Below are positions 56,201 through 63,765 of a stretch of 64,000 nt of DNA, in pieces (the stretch's first letter is position 1; every line of letters begins with the position of its first letter). The translations under genes were made by a program, and so were the position numbers. The stretch is from Octopus bimaculoides. Taxonomy: Eukaryota. Below the pieces are notes generated by a model. The model did not search any database. It was not told the DNA's origin and saw nothing but the letters and a program-made list of their open reading frames with translations. The stretch spans positions 23,026,976 to 23,090,975 of the forward strand of contig NC_069006.1 in the NCBI RefSeq assembly GCF_001194135.2, in the 5' to 3' direction.

Positions 56201-59200
56201 CTCAAACAGTGCATTTTGGAAGGAATAGCAGTACTTTCCTGTCACCCACCTGTAACAACAGCTACTATATAATCATCAGTTCTTGTTTTCATCATCATTT
56301 TCGTCATCTTCATAACATGATTAACTTAATGTACTATTTATTGAGTATATTTTATTAATTACTTAGATGTTTCAGCCAAAGATTTGCCCAGGCCATGTCT
56401 AACTTAATATCACCACTTGATTAGAAATCAAATGTTTATAAGCTGCTAATAATTGTCATAGTGATCTCTACTCATGCAAATCAATGAAGAATGTACACTG
56501 AAACATGGTCTAGTCTTTTAAGATTTTCTTGTTTTCTGTGGAAAATACAATTAGTTTCCTACTCTTTGAGGTGACAGCTATTGACTTGTTCTTTATAAAA
56601 ATATTATTTAGAACAGAATATGATTGGCAAAATATGATTTAGAGTTGTTATCATGCTGCCAAGATCTTAGACATTCACCAACTGCATTGTCTACATTCTA
56701 TTTTTAATTAATTTTAATGAATTAAAATATTGAAGTTGTCTATTCTGCCTTCATTAACCACAATTAGTCATTATGCTAATGATTCTGTCCCTTCTCCATA
56801 TAGTTCACCGCATTATTTCTGTTATCACCAACTTTACTTAGATGTAGATACCAAAAATACCCAGATATCTTACAGTTCTAACTTCAGTGTCTTATTTCTA
56901 GTTTTGAATTTAAATCCTGCTACAATCTACTGAAAAATATCATTCATAAGTATTAGGGAAATAAATATCAACAGAAAAATATTTTTTTGGTTGTAAACCT
57001 AAACCTAATATTTAATTATTTAACTAACTACAAAATTAAGCAACCCACATCTTTTTAGGACAGTCACAAATTCCATCATAGATTTGCTACTGTTAAATTA
57101 ACACCATTCGAGTAGAGAAGCAGTAAATATCATAAGTGAAACATGAAAGTTTTGATCTCTTTGAAAATATTTCTTCTATTTTATCTTCCACTAAATATTA
57201 TCAAAGACATATTGCTGAAAGGTGCTGCTTTACCCTGGCTTTTCTTCTTGGAAAATAAATTCATCTGAAATATCATCTCTAGCAACCTTTTGCAATAATC
57301 TTTCCTAGTTTAAAACCTAATAGTCTGTTATACTTGTACCTTCAAAATTCCTGCTGCACTGTTCCAAACATGGCTACAAGTTAACAAAGTTCATTTTCTA
57401 ACGTGCAGTTAAACAGTAACACAGTGCAAGATTATTTCTGTCTGTAAAAGCCATATTACCCCGCCCAAACACTAACAGTGCAGGTAAAAATATGATGGAC
57501 AAATATAACAGACTTCAAGTTACACTCTGCTTCTGTTACATCCCATAATTCTCTTGACTTTTTTACACTTTCCACTGCATGAAAGTCACAATATTCTGCT
57601 TTCACCATCACCACCATCTTCACAAAATCCACCTTTTTGTTTTTACCATTAAATCGACCTTTTCATTCTTTATCTCTCTTTAGCCATGAATTCCTACAAT
57701 TATTATCATTGCACCTCACTTGCTGAATAATTTTTTGTGAATAAATGTATTAAAAATTCCATGGAAATATAAACTACTTTTATATACTTTATAAATTTCT
57801 AGGTTTAATTATCTCCCTTAAACAAGTTTCTCACTTTACCTCCCTTCACAATGCTTTTTCTTTGATAGGTTGGTACTCTGACTTGGTACTCTGNNNNNNN
57901 NNNNNNNNNNNNNNNNNNNNNNNNNNTATATATATATATATCTGTACTGAGCCTGTTTTCCTCTTGTTTGGAAATTCAGACATACATGCACACGCATATA
58001 TATATGCTCATACACTTCTTATCTTGTATATATTTCAGTTCATATTTCTTGGAATTTTTTTCTTTTTGCTTAATTTTCTTTTAATTAGATAAAAAAAATA
58101 AATAAATGTATACAATTATTGCTGACAATTCAAAGTAAATGCATGTATGGACATAGTTAAGTCAAAGATGTTCTAAGTATATTGCACGACATTCTTGAGA
58201 GCAGAATTTGCCTCCATCAGTATTACTACATATAACAAGCAGATAGTTGTAGTGATTTTAGTTATGGTACGTATTAGTTATAAAGGCCTTTGTAATGTGT
58301 AGAAATAGTCCTGTTGTTTGCTGCATGTATTAGTTTTTATATACTTAGAAAGAGTAATAGTAATTTCTTTTTGGGGTATCATTAAATAGTAAAGGTAAAA
58401 CTATATGGAATTAGTACATACCACTAGAACATAAATTAAATATAATCTATTTTATTCATGTATTTCTACTATATTACTAAATTAATTGCTCTACTCCACC
58501 ATCTCAAAAATATTTGCAAAAACCCATCACATAGAATAAAATATTTAATAATTTTCCCAATAACTGGCTGAGGAAAAAAAATAATGAATTAAATAGCTTA
58601 AAAAATTTAATAATAAATAATATATATATATAACTTGCTGGTACATATGATTAAATAGTGTGTTCCCTTCTAAAGAACACAAATCATTCTTGCCCCTGTT
58701 GATAACTTTTGAATTTATTATAGCACTTCTATTTAGTTGATTTTTTTCTTTTTTTAGAGGCTGTGCTCTCCTCCCTCTTAGGTATAGTGGACTCTGCTTC
58801 TGATTAAAATGTTGTCCTTGTGAGATCCCCCAAATGATTGTCTCAAACAGCTGAAACGTATTCAATTAAAAGCAGGATGGTCTAATGATATTGGACTTCT
58901 GTCTTGAAAGCTTGTAAGGTTTACATCCACTGCAAGCATTCCATTATCCTTCTAAATAAAATACTTCTTTATTCTACAACACCCTCCTCCATTTACCTGA
59001 CAGTGAAATCAAAGAAGGCCGTTATTCCTAATATTCACAAAAGATTCAATCTACAACATTGCATGAGTCCACATATGGATAAAGCCTCATTAATTGTATG
59101 CAGAAGTGCATAAAATATATAGACAACTCTCTTCATCTTATATCCTTTATGTAAAATATTTTATTTGGATAAAATATTAGTTTGTGAATTGGACTTTACA

Positions 59201-62200
59201 AATTTGTTACAAAAGTAATTTTTGAAGTTTCCAATAACAAGGTGCTTCCTTCTGTTGATTAACTAATGATTAGGGATATTGTTATGAGCTCCCCACAGCA
59301 GAAGAGACCCATACCTCACAGCAGATGCGTTAAAACTGATCCTTCTAGTGGTGTAAAGCACTCGCAGCAAAGCCACATAAAAGTGCCCTTGTGGTGCCAC
59401 TTAAAAGCACCTGTGTGGTGTCACATGAAAGCACCTGTGTCATGCTACATAAAAGTACCCATGTAGCCTCATGTAAAAGCATCTGTGCAGTGCCACATAA
59501 AAGCACCCAGCACTTTCTGTAAAGTGATTGGCATTAGGAAGGGCATCCAGCAGTTGAAACCATGCCAGATCAGACTGGAGTCTGATGCAGCCAGCTCTGG
59601 TCACACCATCCAACCCATGCCAGCATGGACAGTGGACATGTAAATGGTGATGATGTTTAACATTACATTTAGTGCTACTATATTTGATTAACTTAATAGT
59701 TCATTAATGAGTGATTTCAAATAGGCAGGAGAATATTTATAATAGTTTTAAAACAAAGTTCAGTTTTTATCTCTGTTAAATTTAGGGTTGGGTGGGATTA
59801 GATAGACAGAAAGGTAACCCATAGACAAATTTAACTTATAGGAACTCTGCTGGTATATAAATATGCTAAGTCAGCTCTTCTGTTTAAATAATAAACAAAC
59901 AGAAAATGAATATTATTAAATCATAAATGTAAGATGACTTAAAGAAGCAGATTAATTTAAGGAAAATAGATTAAAAAATTAAGTACAACAATGATAACAT
60001 TTGTTTTAATCTAAATTTCTGGAAGTTATATCAGGTAACAAATATTTAAGAAAAACCCAAAAGGAATTATCCCCTTTTTCTTTCATTTTATTTCTAGCCG
60101 CTGATGATGAATTGCCCCGCTTGCCAATAGGAAAGTGATATTTGTCATGCTTCTTACCATTTTGTTTTGCTTGTGTTGTGATGTGTTTTTGAGTGTTGTT
60201 TTTATTTTTATTTTGTTACTTTGTGATTCTATATTCTTTTACATTCTATTTTCTATGTTTATTTTTGTTCAGTGTTTCTTGAACAGATTGCTATGTTATC
60301 TGGAGTGTGCCTTGTAAATAAATAACCCTTTAGCATTCATGCCAGCCTAATCTATAATATTTAGTCAAACCAACCTAATCTGTAATTTTTAGTCAAACCA
60401 ACCTAATCTGTAATATTTTTTCAAACCAGCTCTACTCACCTTGTACTATGTTTTGTACTATGTTAACTTTACTCCTTGACAAAAAATCCCACTCTCAGTA
60501 AATTTTATAAAATGTCACACTTTTCTTTGTTTCATAATTTCCTTATGATTTCATTGACATATCTGAATGCTGAAGGGCTAAACAAACAAGTTGTGTAATG
60601 TGTTAAAACATAACCCAGTTTAATCTTCTTTGCTACTGTTTGTTGTTGTTGTTGTAACCATTTACCATTCAAACTGTCCAAATCTAGCATTTGTAAAATA
60701 TCACTCTATTTGTCTAAACTGAGAACTTTATGATATGTAGCTACTGGTAGCAGGAAAAGTTTCTACTGAATCACATTTTATCTTAGTCATATTGTTTCTT
60801 AGTTTAATATGTTGTTCATGAATGTTGATATTTCTAACACCATTAATACCATGAATGCTATTGGTTTAAACTATATATATATATATATATATATNNNNNN
60901 NNNNNNNNNNNNNNNNNNNNNNNNNNNNNNNNNNNNNNNNNNNNNNNNNNNNNNNNNNNNNNNNNNNNNNNNNNNNNNNNNNNNNNNNNNNNNNNNNNNT
61001 ATATATGATTTAAACAACTAGCTACAAATATTTTCCTAATTAATCTCTATTTTTTCCCTTAAAATTAACCATACAAAGCATTATTATTTAAAAGATTAAA
61101 GCATTTAAACATGAACTGCATTAAACATACCATGTTGGTAAATAAATGTTAACAATGAAAACGAGGAATTAATGAAATTTTTTTCTTCTTAATTTGAAGT
61201 TCTAAAAGAATTTGTTTTAACTTGTTTTAAAATTAATTAAATATAAATTATTTATTTTTTCAAACTAAACTTATAAACTAATATTTCATATATTAAAATA
61301 AGAAAATGCACCTTGAAGTGAAGAAGGAAAATTAATTAGCAGAGGAAAAGTTCTTGCATATTTTGTTGTTTCTTTGAATCAATAATTTTTATTTTTGTTA
61401 TTCTTTCTTCTGATTAATTAACTAATTTTTAATTATATAATACAACTATACAGAATAAATAACCAACAGAGAATATAAATAAATATAATATATTTTTAAT
61501 TATTGCTGTAAAGTAATTTTGGAGTTTAAAACCCGTAATACTTGAAGAGAGATAAGATATGAATCTAAATATCTATCTTTAGATTGATTTCAGTCTAACA
61601 AGAAAGTTTGTAATTTTGGCAATTCAAAGATGCTGATTCACTATTATGTTGGATATTGTGATTTTTCAGTTGCCATGCACAAGCTTTCTTTCTCACTCTT
61701 ACATTCCACCTCTCTTTTACATATACTTGTAGTTTTAATTTCAAATTTACCTTACAGCAGAACTAAATGTGTTTTCACAAACAGAATTAACCTGAATTTT
61801 TTAATATAAAACCATAGGAAATACATCAAAATTTCCTAAAATTAACAACTGGGGAAAATTTTAACCTTGAATGACCAAAATGTCTGTGTTTAATATTTTG
61901 TTTCTCTTTTTGTCTACAACTTGTGTGAAATAACCATTTATATTTCTTTTTCTTCTCCTTTTATGTTGTCTTTCTCATGCTACATTGTCTTCTAATTGTT
62001 GGTCTGTTTCTCCTTCTATCTCTAGCTAGCATGTGGGTCTTCAAAACATATGGTTTTGACAACTAACTTGTGGTCGCCCATTCCTTCTTTATCTTACAAA
62101 TTTAAATATATAGATCATTCAAATAAATATTTTAACTGTTACACCACCACAAAACCTTTTCCCTCCAAATTATCAACTTCTTCCAAATTCTACCAAAAGC

Positions 62201-63731
62201 AACTTTGTCATTCAGCCTTCTGAAGGTGATAAACTGAAGTATAAGTCAAGCACTGAGGATGATTTTATCATCTGAAAATCTCCTAAAATTCATGACCTTA
62301 TGTGTATGTTAGCATGTCACACAAAATGCTCAACAGCATTTCCTCTGGCTCTTTATGTCCTAAGCTCAAATTCAGTTGAGGTCAACTTTACTCTTCCTGC
62401 CCCTAGGGTCAATCAAATAAGAAGCAGTTGAGCACTGGGGTCGACGTAATCAGCTTATATCATCCTTTGAAATTTTTGTCCTTGTGCCAAAATTTGGTTA
62501 AGTGTGGCCTGTAATTAAACAACAGCAATAGCAGCAACACCACCAATTTCAGTGTCAGTTTTATTATTGGTGTCTTTGTATCCATTTGGTTGTCCAAAAT
62601 TGTCACAAGCTCATGTTGGACATTATAAACATAATGATGTAAAAACAGAAGACTATTTTTATTTTTGTTTTCAGTTTAGTAAGAGAAGGAGAAGGAGACA
62701 GTGTTTGCAAGAGAGATCAACCATCTTGAATTTTAACAAACTAACTCAATTGTCTAATATCCTTCGACTACACACATACACAGAGGCAGTTTTTCCCCTA
62801 GAATGACCTTAACTGCAGTGGCTAAAACAAATAAATCACACACAAACATCCACATGCATGCACACATACACAAATTTCTGAATTTTTTTGCTTTTTATCA
62901 TTTTGTATTCTTTTTCCCCCTGTTGATGGGGCAGGTGGGGGCAGGGTTTAAGGACAAGATTGTGCATTTCTTTGTTGTCTTTTTTGTTTGTTCTTTGTCT
63001 TTGTTTTGGTTTCTTAGAATTTCCTGATTACTTTCTTCTTTTTATTTATTCCTCTTTGCTTATTTTATTTCTTTTCTTTTCTTTTTTTTTATTTCAAAGG
63101 AATGTCACTAATATTCATTTAACAAAATAAACTATCTTACAAAAATACATACATTGGTATATCTTTCACTTCTTTCTCTTTATCTATCTACCTATCTATC
63201 AATATTTGTTTATATATATGTATATTATATATATATATAAATGTGTGTGTATTTGTATAATATGTATATGCCACAAAAGTTTTGATTGTGGATATCAAAA
63301 GATATTGTACTTACGTAATATAATTTTGAAGTAACACTCACACACACATATATATATATAGAAGGTATGATACAAACTATTGGTTATGCATGGGTTTTTT
63401 CATGTTATATGTTCTTGAAGAAACAATTTTCATATCAGTACATATTTACTCGAAATATAAACTTATAAATGTAATTCTTTATTATAAAATAAATTACGGA
63501 TGATTACATTTGTAATTTTCATAGTGAGGAAATATGTGCAGGCCTGGAGCTTGTTTTCTGAAGGTCAGAAACATGGAATAACCCATTTGTATTCAATAGT
63601 TTGTACTACTATANNNNNNNNNNNNNNNNNNNNNNNNNNNNNNNNNNNNNNNNNNNNNNNNNNNNNNNNNNNNNNNNNNNNNNNNNNNNNNNNNNNNNNN
63701 NNNNNNNNNNNNNNNNNNNNNNNNNNNNNNN

Positions 63732-63765
<34 letters not shown>

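Noticed and set aside
62026-62052. 27-nt (or 23-nt from 62030) candidate microexon ASMWVFKTY
   Set aside because: Good pyrimidine tract but a poor donor (G|gttttg); kept only as a site to inspect in RNA data.
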